64,000 nt of DNA. Source: a virus. The position numbers were made by a program, and so were the translations under genes. Positions within the stretch are counted from its first letter, which is position 1, and every line of letters begins with the position of its first letter. The DNA lies in the IMG/VR virus record IMGVR_UViG_3300036944_000561, positions 64,525 through 128,524 of that record; one strand, 5' to 3'. Positions 28,812-36,879 of the stretch are shown one piece after another. The notes under the pieces are model-generated. The model ran no database searches. It saw only the letters and a list, made by a program, of their open reading frames with translations, and was not told the origin of the DNA.

Positions 28812-29080
28812 TGAAAGGTTGCCGGGCTTTGCACCCGACTCGCTGGCTTGAGGGCGGTGAGAGACGCCACCTCATCTAGTATTATAAGACCCGTACATCA
28901 GAGTGTAGGTCAGCCCCTTGCGGGCAAAGCGTGTTTCATAGCTCAACTAGATTTTGCTCCACACACTCCGTTTTGTCATAACCAGACTTATTGAACAGAA
29001 GTCTTGACCACATTGGAATTCGGGCTTCTATTCTCACCCTTGTTTTAGACCAGACAAGTGTCGACTCAGTACAAGGGAAC
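28812..29080 (-). ncRNA. Unassigned structured RNA candidate
   Basis: GC-richer gap with no ORF on the coding strand; TATAAT at 29087-29092; several stems and a 3' T-loop-like hairpin. Confidence 0.45.
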
Positions 29081-29119
29081 GATTCTATTATAGCGGATGA
29101 TTCTTCAACATCTTACAAT

Positions 29120-29527
29120 TTAATTAAGATGATACCCGGCCAAATATTGTTCTCTGGTGATGATACAGGGACAATCATCTTTCATGCGAGCTTCAACTTT
29201 CTTTTCAATCAAATTTTCTTTGGTCTCTCCCTCTTCTAGATATCCGTCTGAAGCCATTTGGTCATAGAATCTATCCACCCATGCTGTGCATGATTCCACT
29301 GCAACCTTTTCGAAAACTTGAACAAACACCATTGTTGTATCATCAGGAATGGTGTCATGCGTCTTTTCTTTATTCCATGGTCCGATATGACACATATCCC
29401 CATCACATTTGGTGCATCCAATAATGAACGGAGTCACCCCGTCTCGTGAATTCCAAACCATTTCACTGTGACCACATTCTTGACAAACATATTTCATATT
29501 ACAAAAAGCTTCAGCATGTTGGTGCAT
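29120..29527 (-). CDS. Zn-ribbon protein
   Basis: CQECGH...RDGVTPF.IGCTKC. Confidence 0.6.
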   Translation of the reverse strand: MHQHAEAFCNMKYVCQECGHSEMVWNSRDGVTPFIIGCTKCDGDMCHIGPWNKEKTHDTIPDDTTMVFVQVFEKVAVESCTAWVDRFYDQMASDGYLEEGETKENLIEKKVEARMKDDCPCIITREQYLAGYHLN

Positions 29528-29538
29528 AATAACGGTTC

Positions 29539-29850
29539 CTATTCTTTTATTGAAATTCTTGGCATGAATGACAAATCAAAGAAACAGTCCCCCATCAGCG
29601 ACATACCATATCGAATTCTTCCATGTTCAGCAATATCTTGTTCTCCGGCCTTTGTCATTGCAAAGGTTTCAAGAAGTTTGTTGATCAAGTCGTCTGGTTC
29701 CCCAGCATCTTTCACCCAAGGAATAAAAATGATGTCAAAGTCCCGAGACATGCTTCCGTGTATAGCGGCAGCGTAGCCAAACGATCTAGCAATCTCGGCA
29801 ATTTGGGGATATATTGCACAGTAGTATGGAGCAAGGGTAGCGGGTTTCAT
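29539..29850 (-). CDS. Minimal nucleotidyltransferase-like protein
   Basis: GYAAAIHGSMSRDFDII (GS..D.D pattern). Confidence 0.55.
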   Translation of the reverse strand: MKPATLAPYYCAIYPQIAEIARSFGYAAAIHGSMSRDFDIIFIPWVKDAGEPDDLINKLLETFAMTKAGEQDIAEHGRIRYGMSLMGDCFFDLSFMPRISIKE

Positions 29851-30407
29851 TCGGCATTCCTCATATAATCATCATATTCTTGCTTTGTGACGATATACCA
29901 CCATCCGTCTCCAACAATCATTTGACTCATAGCACAAGGATCAATCCACTTTCCACACTGTAACATCACCGGGACGAATTCTTCACAATCTGATATTCCC
30001 TTCCAATTCGGAGATCTAACAGCGACACCATCAACTGATTTCCCTTCATTGAGCCTAGGCCAGTTATAACCAAAATGTTTTAGAACTTTCTCTACATAAA
30101 TGAAATCAATCGGAGGACGATTAAAGTGTAACCACTTTTCAACATCAACCAATTTCTTGAGCCTATTTGATTTCAATCTTGTTTTATCAATATCTTTGGA
30201 AGAAATCATCAATTCGATAGCGGCGGTCACATCACCCAATTCTTTCTCAAGAAGAGTTCTATTCGAAATATCCGGTGAATCTGGATGATACGATTCGTAA
30301 CCATGTCTGAGAATCTTACCACAAATTTGAATTACTTCGCCGCATTCCTCTAGCAATAATGCAATTCTTTCATTTTCTGCCTGGGTTAACCTTACAATTT
30401 TTGCCAT
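29847..30407 (-). CDS. MazG-like pyrophosphohydrolase
   Basis: LLEECGEVIQICGKILRHG...LEKELGDV. Confidence 0.75.
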   Translation of the reverse strand: MAKIVRLTQAENERIALLLEECGEVIQICGKILRHGYESYHPDSPDISNRTLLEKELGDVTAAIELMISSKDIDKTRLKSNRLKKLVDVEKWLHFNRPPIDFIYVEKVLKHFGYNWPRLNEGKSVDGVAVRSPNWKGISDCEEFVPVMLQCGKWIDPCAMSQMIVGDGWWYIVTKQEYDDYMRNAE

Positions 30408-30578
30408 GGTGTTCTCCTATGCTATAATTGTAGAATATTCGAATAATGTTTTCGTGTTTCTTCTGTTAGTGAAGTAACAATTTTCTTCTTGACTTGAACT
30501 AACATCTTTTCTTCAATATGATCGATTAAATTTTTAATCATATCGATATCAAACTGATTGGTTTCTGAGTCTTTCTGC

Positions 30579-30779
30579 CTATTCAGAACGCGGTTCATCC
30601 TCGTTATCAATCATTACTTCCACATCATATTTGTCAGCAAACACCGGAGTTCCATCACACCGTCTGATAATACAATAATCGTGAGCAACAAACTCAACTC
30701 TACCACTATTTTTCGAAATTGATAATGGGGTACATGTTCCGAAAACTTCCTGGCCGATTTTTAATTCTGATAATTTCAT
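30579..30779 (-). CDS. Early hypothetical protein
   Basis: GAGG SD; lies behind an early promoter. Confidence 0.55.
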   Translation of the reverse strand: MKLSELKIGQEVFGTCTPLSISKNSGRVEFVAHDYCIIRRCDGTPVFADKYDVEVMIDNEDEPRSE

Positions 30780-30811
30780 AGTGTTACCTCATCGAGTTAT
30801 CGTTGAGAACC

Positions 30812-30840
30812 ATTATACGGGGATTTTGTGGGAAGTAAAG
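30812..30840 (-). promoter_or_regulatory. Early promoter CTTTAC-N17-TATAAT
   Basis: Same consensus as 27188-27216. Confidence 0.8.
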
Positions 30841-30906
30841 GAGAAAGGATGTCGCTGTTTTTCCGACTGGCCATCCGGTTACGGGTTCCGGAGTCTTTCG
30901 ACCGAT

Positions 30907-31254
30907 TTACCGACTACGCTCTAGCGGGTGTTCTTCATTCCAGAAAGAATATATTTTCTCAGCAATAAAACCTATCAGATACGCCATGTGTTCATTGCTT
31001 GTTTCTGGTTGTAAAAGATTTCCGGTATAATCGAAAATCCTACTAGCAACATGAAATGATTCATGTGCCAATGTGTTGACATCAGTTGCATCCCTCATGA
31101 AAATATAGAATGTGCTCCCATCATGAGAAACTTGACCATGACATTCATCAACTGAAAATCCTGTATCCTTCGTATATTCTACATCATCGAAATATACTCG
31201 AACAACACAGTCATATAGATCTATACTGAAAGATTTCATTTCAAATCTTTCCAA
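30907..31254 (-). CDS. HExxH-motif protein
   Basis: TLAHESFHV...NEHMAYL. Confidence 0.6.
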   Translation of the reverse strand: MERFEMKSFSIDLYDCVVRVYFDDVEYTKDTGFSVDECHGQVSHDGSTFYIFMRDATDVNTLAHESFHVASRIFDYTGNLLQPETSNEHMAYLIGFIAEKIYSFWNEEHPLERSR

Positions 31255-31664
31255 TCAATAAAGCGATATCCATCAACCAAGATCTGCTCACGGTCATATC
31301 TATCCGCAAGGATGAAATTGTATCTAAGATTGTGTGTATCACCATCGATGTCAACACCGATTGTCGCATCATATTTCTTCAACAATTCCGAAAGTTCTTT
31401 TTTGAAAGAACCAACATCAATGTTTCTGTCTCGTGGTAGAACATTTACGCCGGGACGAGAATTGAATTTGTTAGCGGCTATGACTTTTGCATCATGAATG
31501 GTTTTAGCTGTGTAAGATTCTTCGGATATCATTTCGAAAGACATTTTACATTGAGTGCATATAATTACATCACATTCGTGATCTTGTGGTTCCATAGAAT
31601 CACACCAAACACATACACCCCCGCAACAAGGGCAAGATCCTAATGATGGAATATCTTGATTCAT
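31236..31664 (-). CDS. Lar-like Zn-ribbon protein
   Basis: LGSCPCCGG...ICTQC...ANKFNSR. Confidence 0.55.
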   Translation of the reverse strand: MNQDIPSLGSCPCCGGVCVWCDSMEPQDHECDVIICTQCKMSFEMISEESYTAKTIHDAKVIAANKFNSRPGVNVLPRDRNIDVGSFKKELSELLKKYDATIGVDIDGDTHNLRYNFILADRYDREQILVDGYRFIDWKDLK

Positions 31665-31689
31665 TTTATGTTCTCAATGATTGAATTTG

Positions 31690-31990
31690 GTTGGCCACCT
31701 CCTGTTCCCAACTCCAGAAAAATCTGGCGGTGGCCGTGTCGGTTCAGAGCTGTTTATTAAGCAGCTGCACGAACATCGTAAACGTTATCGTTTGCGGTTA
31801 GTTTATTTGCGCTGATTACGTCAGACGCCTCTCGTGCTGCCTCGTCTGTTCATGAACCCGGTCGATTCCAAGAACCGTCCCAATAATATAAGTCTTCCAT
31901 CTAAAGGCTTATATTGGTGGAACGGGAGGGATTCGAACCCTCGTGCCAAGCACAATTCCGTTCAAGGAATTACAGCAATTCTATATCAGT
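31690..31990 (-). ncRNA. ssrA: Circularly permuted (two-piece) tmRNA; outer boundaries approximate
   Basis: T-arm GAGGG-TTCGAAT-CCCTC plus CCGTTCC-A-CCA ends at 31915, upstream of the 5' strand GGGACGG-TTCTTGGAATCGA that starts at 31881; G3.U70 and A73; tag frame 31795-31754. Confidence 0.92.
31754..31795 (-). other. tmRNA tag reading frame (A)ANDNVYDVRAAA** with UAACC resume context
   Basis: GCA AAC GAT AAC GTT TAC GAT GTT CGT GCA GCT GCT TAA TAA. Confidence 0.9.
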
Positions 31991-32129
31991 TTCTTCCATT
32001 TCAATCAGTGATTGAAAATTGTAAGGCTCGCTGATATATTAGAATGATGTCTATCGGCAGCTTGCGATAGCTAACATTACGAAGAGGTGCCACTGTCACA
32101 TCGTACTAGACATACAACATTCAAATATA

Positions 32130-32426
32130 TCAGATTACAATCGCAGATCCAACCAAAGTGTGAGTTTTTACTGGAGAATCTATTTTATACCCGGTAATCA
32201 TCACAGAATCAGTAGACACGTCTACCAACAATCTTAAATGTACTCCTTGAACATATTCTACATTGTCTCTACAAACAACACGGAATCTAGCAGATTGTTG
32301 ATCCCCTGCTTGAGAGGTCAGTTTCCAAGAAACATTTGAACAACCACTAGAAATTTTTGCTAATTTCTCTAAATCTTTTACAGAAAACTTCATTCTAACC
32401 TCACATATTCGGGTTATGTCATACAC
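32130..32426 (-). CDS. Hypothetical protein (probable start MKFSVK)
   Basis: GAGG SD before the internal ATG. Confidence 0.5.
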   Translation of the reverse strand: MYDITRICEVRMKFSVKDLEKLAKISSGCSNVSWKLTSQAGDQQSARFRVVCRDNVEYVQGVHLRLLVDVSTDSVMITGYKIDSPVKTHTLVGSAIVI

Positions 32427-32549
32427 TTTCGCAGTAGGCAGCGACTCTGGACGTCTTCAGAGTACCTGGACGTGGATGAACAAGCCACATTGCTTGCCGT
32501 TACCACAACCAACAACATAATGATATTTAATAACCTTTCAAAAATAAAC

Positions 32550-32627
32550 TGGTGGTCCAAGGAGGATTCGAACCTCTCTACCTTCCGATTATGGGTCGGG
32601 TGCTCATACCTAATGAGCTTTTGGACC
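32550..32627 (-). tRNA. tRNA anticodon CAU (Ile2 or Met) with non-canonical C33
   Basis: GGTCCAA/TTGGACC acceptor, A73, encoded CCA; loop CC-CAT-AA; C4-G69 favours Ile2. Confidence 0.85.
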
Positions 32628-32647
32628 TCTTTACCTTCCGATTAATT

Positions 32648-32724
32648 TGGTCCCCTGTGGAGGATTCGAACCTCCGGATCTACTGCTTAGAAGGCAGTTG
32701 CCTTATCCGCTTGGCCAACAGGGG
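32648..32724 (-). tRNA. tRNA-Arg(UCU)
   Basis: CCCCTGT/ACAGGGG acceptor; ACTGC-CTTCTAA-GCAGT; GGAGG-TTCGAAT-CCTCC; encoded CCA. Confidence 0.92.
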
Positions 32725-33400
32725 AATTTCTAGCTTCTAACAACTTTTTAGCCCCATAATACCAGTGAGAATCTGAAGCGGGAAATCCCATCAGTTTGCA
32801 CACTTTGTTTATGTTGCGATGTGCGTCATACAACCCGTAAAATTCTTCTTCCCGACCATAAAACGGAGAATTTTTATTCCTGGATAATTGCATACCAATT
32901 TCTCGGTGCTGAACACAATACTTGTGATCAGTGGGTATCCTAGACTCACACAACGCGCACTTTTTACTATTTCTTCCTTTAAAATACCCGTCGGGTATTT
33001 TTGATCCTTTTAGAAGTTTTATCTTCTCACCATTAACGGGGTTGTGTATCCACATACTCCCAAACTGCGAATTCCCAGAACCAGTTTGTATTTCGCTCAT
33101 AGCAGTCGAAAATGCTTTTCTCGACCACGCATATTCTTTAGCTCTGATCTTCCGATTTTTGTGTGAATCAGTATTCATTAATGAGAACGCTATTGTCAAG
33201 CCCCTTTCTTTAGGAAATTCTTTTGCTAGCAATAAGTGACATATATAATGTTCTTTGGCAGTCAACCTGACCAAATTGGAAGCGTGGTCATTTCCACCAG
33301 TGCATCTCGGTTCTACATGATGCATTTCACTATATCCATCCACGCTGTCACGGTTCTTAGCTCTGTCCACTATACTGAAGTATATTTTAAAATAATTCAT
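32687..33400 (-). CDS. MobE-like HNH homing endonuclease
   Basis: MNYFKIY...EMHHVEPRCTGG.D..SNLVRLTAKEHYICH; the 3' end overlaps tRNA-Arg by 38 nt. Confidence 0.9.
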   Translation of the reverse strand: MNYFKIYFSIVDRAKNRDSVDGYSEMHHVEPRCTGGNDHASNLVRLTAKEHYICHLLLAKEFPKERGLTIAFSLMNTDSHKNRKIRAKEYAWSRKAFSTAMSEIQTGSGNSQFGSMWIHNPVNGEKIKLLKGSKIPDGYFKGRNSKKCALCESRIPTDHKYCVQHREIGMQLSRNKNSPFYGREEEFYGLYDAHRNINKVCKLMGFPASDSHWYYGAKKLLEARNSPVGQADKATAF

Positions 33401-33438
33401 AATTCGACTATCCTATTACGTCTCTATGAATTATTTAG
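33390..33438 (-). promoter_or_regulatory. 12-bp hairpin over the HNH start codon with an overlapping CTAAATA late promoter
   Basis: Arms at 33390-33401 and 33425-33436; promoter at 33432-33438. Confidence 0.8.
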
Positions 33439-33444
33439 CAATAT

Positions 33445-33494
33445 CGACCGTGCGCTTAGAAGGCGCATGCTCTATCCAACTGAGCTACAGGAGC
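33445..33494 (-). pseudogene. Truncated tRNA-Arg(UCU): about nt 1-49 only, T-arm and 3' acceptor strand missing
   Basis: GCTCCTG TA GCTC AGTTGGATA GAGC A TGCGC CTTCTAA GCGCA CGGTC G, then unrelated AT-rich sequence. Confidence 0.85.
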
Positions 33495-33501
33495 GAATAT
33501 T

Positions 33502-33672
33502 TCACTCTTTCGGAACAAATGTCAGAACAATTTCTTGTGGTGGTGTACCAGGCAATGCATCCTTCTTGATATAAACGGATGGGATAGGTGCATTGGGAGT
33601 TTCATCACCATACACGTGTGTTCCCTTGGTGGATTTTGTGAGCTTCATCACAACTGTTTTCACATCGGACAT
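33502..33672 (-). CDS. 56-aa protein (below the ORF-track cutoff)
   Basis: MSDVKTVVMKLTKSTKGTHVYGDETPNAPIPSVYIKKDALPGTPPQEIVLTFVPKE; AGGA SD. Confidence 0.6.
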   Translation of the reverse strand: MSDVKTVVMKLTKSTKGTHVYGDETPNAPIPSVYIKKDALPGTPPQEIVLTFVPKE

Positions 33673-34070
33673 TTTTATATTCCTGTTGTATTGGGTTCTT
33701 TTTCTGAAAACACCCTCACCGAAGATATTTTCAGAAAAAGAACCCCGTCATAAAAGTTCTCTTTCTGTCACAAACGAATTTGTGAATTTCATCAACCTGT
33801 GTATAAATTGTGTTCGTATCTTTGAAGATTACAGATCCCAATAATCTGCGCCTGAGGAATCACCCTCACCAGAGTTGATGGAATGTTGGCCATAGGCACA
33901 TCTTCAAAGTTGTCGGAAGATACGAAGTCCGACATGTTTTCTGAAACATCAACACATTCTACAGAAAGTACTGTTTTCAGAATTCTAACGAACACGGAAG
34001 ATAATAAGCATTGCTTCACATTCCCTCCCTGTTCAATCAAAACGGCTTATTTGCCCCTTCGATGGTTCCC

Positions 34071-34099
34071 ATTATACGCATTATTCCAATGAAGTAAAG
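34071..34099 (-). promoter_or_regulatory. Early promoter CTTTAC-N17-TATAAT
   Basis: Consensus match. Confidence 0.8.
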
Positions 34100-34170
34100 G
34101 ACTTTTTAATTTTTCCCAGGAAGAAGAATCATTCCTGGGCTAAATTCTAGAAATACAACATAATGCAATA

Positions 34171-34722
34171 TTATTTATATTCCGCGTTTTCTATGATTTT
34201 TAATTGTTCTGCTGATGCTTCCTCAGCAATCTTCAACATCACTTGTGTTTTATACGAAACATCTATGCTATGCACAAATTTTGAAAGAGGACTCTGATAC
34301 CCACCGGATGTGGTCGTATCCAATACATACAATCTATTGTTGAAAATGACGGTAGGAACTCTTCTTGACCAAATATCATCTACGGTATTCCAGTCAACTT
34401 CCAAAATTTTAGAGCATTTCGTTTTATTGTTGTGACAAAGTTCCAACAACCGTTCGAGAGTAGTATGTTCTCCGAGTTTGACGACCAATTTACCGTCTCT
34501 AAATTCGATGTCACCGATATCATAATTTTTCAGTTTAGGAAAACTTCGTTCTCTGGTTTTCAACCGTCTCTTGGTCTCCCAATATATCTGGTTGTCTATG
34601 ATAACATTTTTTCGTTTAGTATGTATGGAGTGGCTCAGGTTGCCTCTCTTGACACCAAGAATTCTCGCACATTTCGAGATATTCCCTCGAGTTTCTATCA
34701 GTAAATCATCTAATGTTCTCAT
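34171..34722 (-). CDS. Putative HTH DNA-binding protein with a duplicated module
   Basis: GNISKCARILGV and NNKTKCSKILEV repeats. Confidence 0.5.
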   Translation of the reverse strand: MRTLDDLLIETRGNISKCARILGVKRGNLSHSIHTKRKNVIIDNQIYWETKRRLKTRERSFPKLKNYDIGDIEFRDGKLVVKLGEHTTLERLLELCHNNKTKCSKILEVDWNTVDDIWSRRVPTVIFNNRLYVLDTTTSGGYQSPLSKFVHSIDVSYKTQVMLKIAEEASAEQLKIIENAEYK

Positions 34723-34789
34723 GATAATTATCTTAGCAATGATCGTTTTAAATAGGGTATATCAATCAAGTTCTCCATACTATTAAATT

Positions 34790-35131
34790 TTGAGGATTCA
34801 TAATATGAAAGGTCCAGTCGCGGTACTAACCAATGTCAATACAACAAAAGATCTGAGAACTCCATACGATTGCTCAGCGATACACGTTTTATGGGAAGTG
34901 TTGAACGCTTCTGATAATACACCTGTTGCCGATGCTTCTGTATATAGCCTAGATTTCAAAGTAATCCTTCCACATGGGACAGAAATTCCTTTTGATGGGA
35001 CACCTTTTGTTGGAAATTTGAATGAAGTTTCTCCATTTTCTATAGCCGGGGGCATACCTTTTAGAGTTACTGCAACTGGGATTACGGATGAAACCGTTAA
35101 AATCAACATTTATGTTATAGGAATATATTGA
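34790..35131 (+). CDS. Late hypothetical protein
   Basis: TTAAATA upstream; GAGG SD near an internal ATG. Confidence 0.55.
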   Translation: MRIHNMKGPVAVLTNVNTTKDLRTPYDCSAIHVLWEVLNASDNTPVADASVYSLDFKVILPHGTEIPFDGTPFVGNLNEVSPFSIAGGIPFRVTATGITDETVKINIYVIGIY

Positions 35132-35263
35132 TATGGAAGCGCAAAAATAGGGATATTACAAAACGATAAAATATTCCCGGTGATTTGGACCGAAGAGTAA
35201 ACTGATACTTCAATCAGTATCACCGATTTCATTATGACAGTTTCACAAACTGTTGCATAGAAA

Positions 35264-35285
35264 AAGAGCCTCTTTTGAGGCTCTT
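35264..35285. terminator. Bidirectional terminator candidate
   Basis: AAGAGCCTC-TTTT-GAGGCTCTT between convergent genes. Confidence 0.7.
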
Positions 35286-35393
35286 CTCATTCTTATCGAT
35301 CTTGATCAACATACCCAGGGGTTGCTTCACCTTCATCTTCTTCAATGATGGGTGGTCTGAAATCTTTACTCAGAATGGGTGGTTCTCTATCTT

Positions 35394-36224
35394 TCATATT
35401 TCCTCCCGGTCAAACATTTCAAGCATCCAACGGCAAATTCCACCACGGACACAATCTTCGCTGAAGAATTCAATCACTGGAACACGAATATCTTTCCAGC
35501 TTTCTTCTTCATAATCATCTTCTTCATCGACTTCTTTGTCAAGTTGCTCATTCAGATTTCGAACAGAATCAATATACCTGACAAAGTCTGTCGCTCCTCC
35601 AAGCCGTTTATTGCCTTGCTTGAAGTCACCATCTATGATAAGGTGTGATCCTTCTACAATACGCGTAGAAAGTGTTTTAAGGAGTTCTATGGTACACTCT
35701 TGAGCCTCTTCTACAATGATAGCTGCTCTACGAATGTTTGCTCCCTTGATTGATTCTAATTCCACGGCTTCAATCATGTCGTTGTTCTTGAAATATGTGA
35801 AGAGACCCGGTGATGCACAACATTCTGCTAAATTTTCGAGGATAGGTGAAACCCAAGGAGCAATCTTTTGATTGAGATCACCAGGCTTCAGCCCAGTGGT
35901 GTACCCGGTTGGGACTGGGTTCCTGGTAACATAGATTTTGTCAATCTGGCCGGATGCGAGGAGTTTGAGCGCAGCGGCTGCACTGGTTATTGATTTGCCT
36001 ACACCTGCTGGACCAATAGAAATAACACAGGGATTAAAAAGAATGGCTTTGAATAGTTGATCTTGCTTTTCATTGAGAGGTTGAAACCGATGAATTTCAA
36101 ATTCGCCTTTAGAATATTTTTCAGTGATTGATGCTTCCTCTTCCCTGCGATCTCTGCGATCTCTTTTTCTTTCTCTTGCGGTGGACTTGGTTCTTACTGG
36201 ATTGTTGAGGCTACCTTGAGACAT
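35394..36224 (-). CDS. phoH: PhoH-like ATPase
   Basis: GPAGVGKS, KPGDL..KIAPW, IKGA, EEAQ and IIDGD..Q. Confidence 0.92.
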   Translation of the reverse strand: MSQGSLNNPVRTKSTARERKRDRRDRREEEASITEKYSKGEFEIHRFQPLNEKQDQLFKAILFNPCVISIGPAGVGKSITSAAAALKLLASGQIDKIYVTRNPVPTGYTTGLKPGDLNQKIAPWVSPILENLAECCASPGLFTYFKNNDMIEAVELESIKGANIRRAAIIVEEAQECTIELLKTLSTRIVEGSHLIIDGDFKQGNKRLGGATDFVRYIDSVRNLNEQLDKEVDEEDDYEEESWKDIRVPVIEFFSEDCVRGGICRWMLEMFDREEI

Positions 36225-36300
36225 AGAACTTGCTCCTAGACAGTATGAACGGGGACAATGTGATACGTTATGTCCCCAACCCATTATTATCTAGCCCTGT

Positions 36301-36879
36301 TTATGGGAGATATATTGTTCCCTGACCATCTTCGAAAATAATAGCACCATCAGACGGTTTATCTTCGCTTTCCCCGTCATGACACCACGTAATTTTGAAA
36401 GACTGGTCATCGCTGGTTGAATATATTCGATAAATGTCTTCTGGTTCCTCATCAAAACCATTACCGACCAGATACACTATTAATCCGGCATCTAGAAGAA
36501 CTTTCAACCCATCGACAGACCGATAAAAGTCTTTGAAGAATATCGTCGTTGTTCCAGTATACGAAACAATGAAATTTGCACAATCTTCACAAGGGCAACA
36601 AGTGACATAAAGAGTCGTATCCTCAGAGGACTCGTGGCTCCTTAACAATTTAAGATAGGCATTCACCTCTGCATGGACAACATCGCTCTTAGTCTTCCCG
36701 TCTTCTTCTTCACAGGCATTATCTTTACCTGGGGGAGTACCGTTCCAACCATCTGCTATGGGATTGTTGTTCTTACATAACAATGCACCAACTTGACGAC
36801 GAGTTGCAAACGAATTGATGGCATATGCTTGAGCAGCTCGCATGTGCGCTAATGTGTGTCGATAGAATTTATTCTGCAT
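36301..36879 (-). CDS. cd: dCMP deaminase
   Basis: RRQVGA, GWNGTPPG, HAEVNA and PCEDC. Confidence 0.92.
   Translation of the reverse strand: MQNKFYRHTLAHMRAAQAYAINSFATRRQVGALLCKNNNPIADGWNGTPPGKDNACEEEDGKTKSDVVHAEVNAYLKLLRSHESSEDTTLYVTCCPCEDCANFIVSYTGTTTIFFKDFYRSVDGLKVLLDAGLIVYLVGNGFDEEPEDIYRIYSTSDDQSFKITWCHDGESEDKPSDGAIIFEDGQGTIYLP

Noticed and set aside
28812-29140. RNase P RNA, cobalamin riboswitch or hammerhead identity for the 28.8-kb RNA
   Set aside because: GAAGCCCGAA and AAAGCCCGGC resemble P4 strands but are not complementary; there is no AGGGAA/ACTG B12 box; CTGATG is not followed by A and the GAAAC order does not fit.
31915-31990. An ordinary tRNA ending at 31915
   Set aside because: There is no 5' acceptor strand, D-arm or anticodon arm at the required distance upstream; the matching strand lies downstream.
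32414-32518. 34-aa lipoprotein-like ORF MLLVVVTASNVAC...
   Set aside because: It has no basic n-region, SD spacing is poor and it is very short; it cannot be supported.
32724-33445. Group I intron splitting a single tRNA-Arg
   Set aside because: The break is after nt 49 rather than in the anticodon loop, the downstream tRNA is complete by itself, and I saw no P7/catalytic-core motifs.
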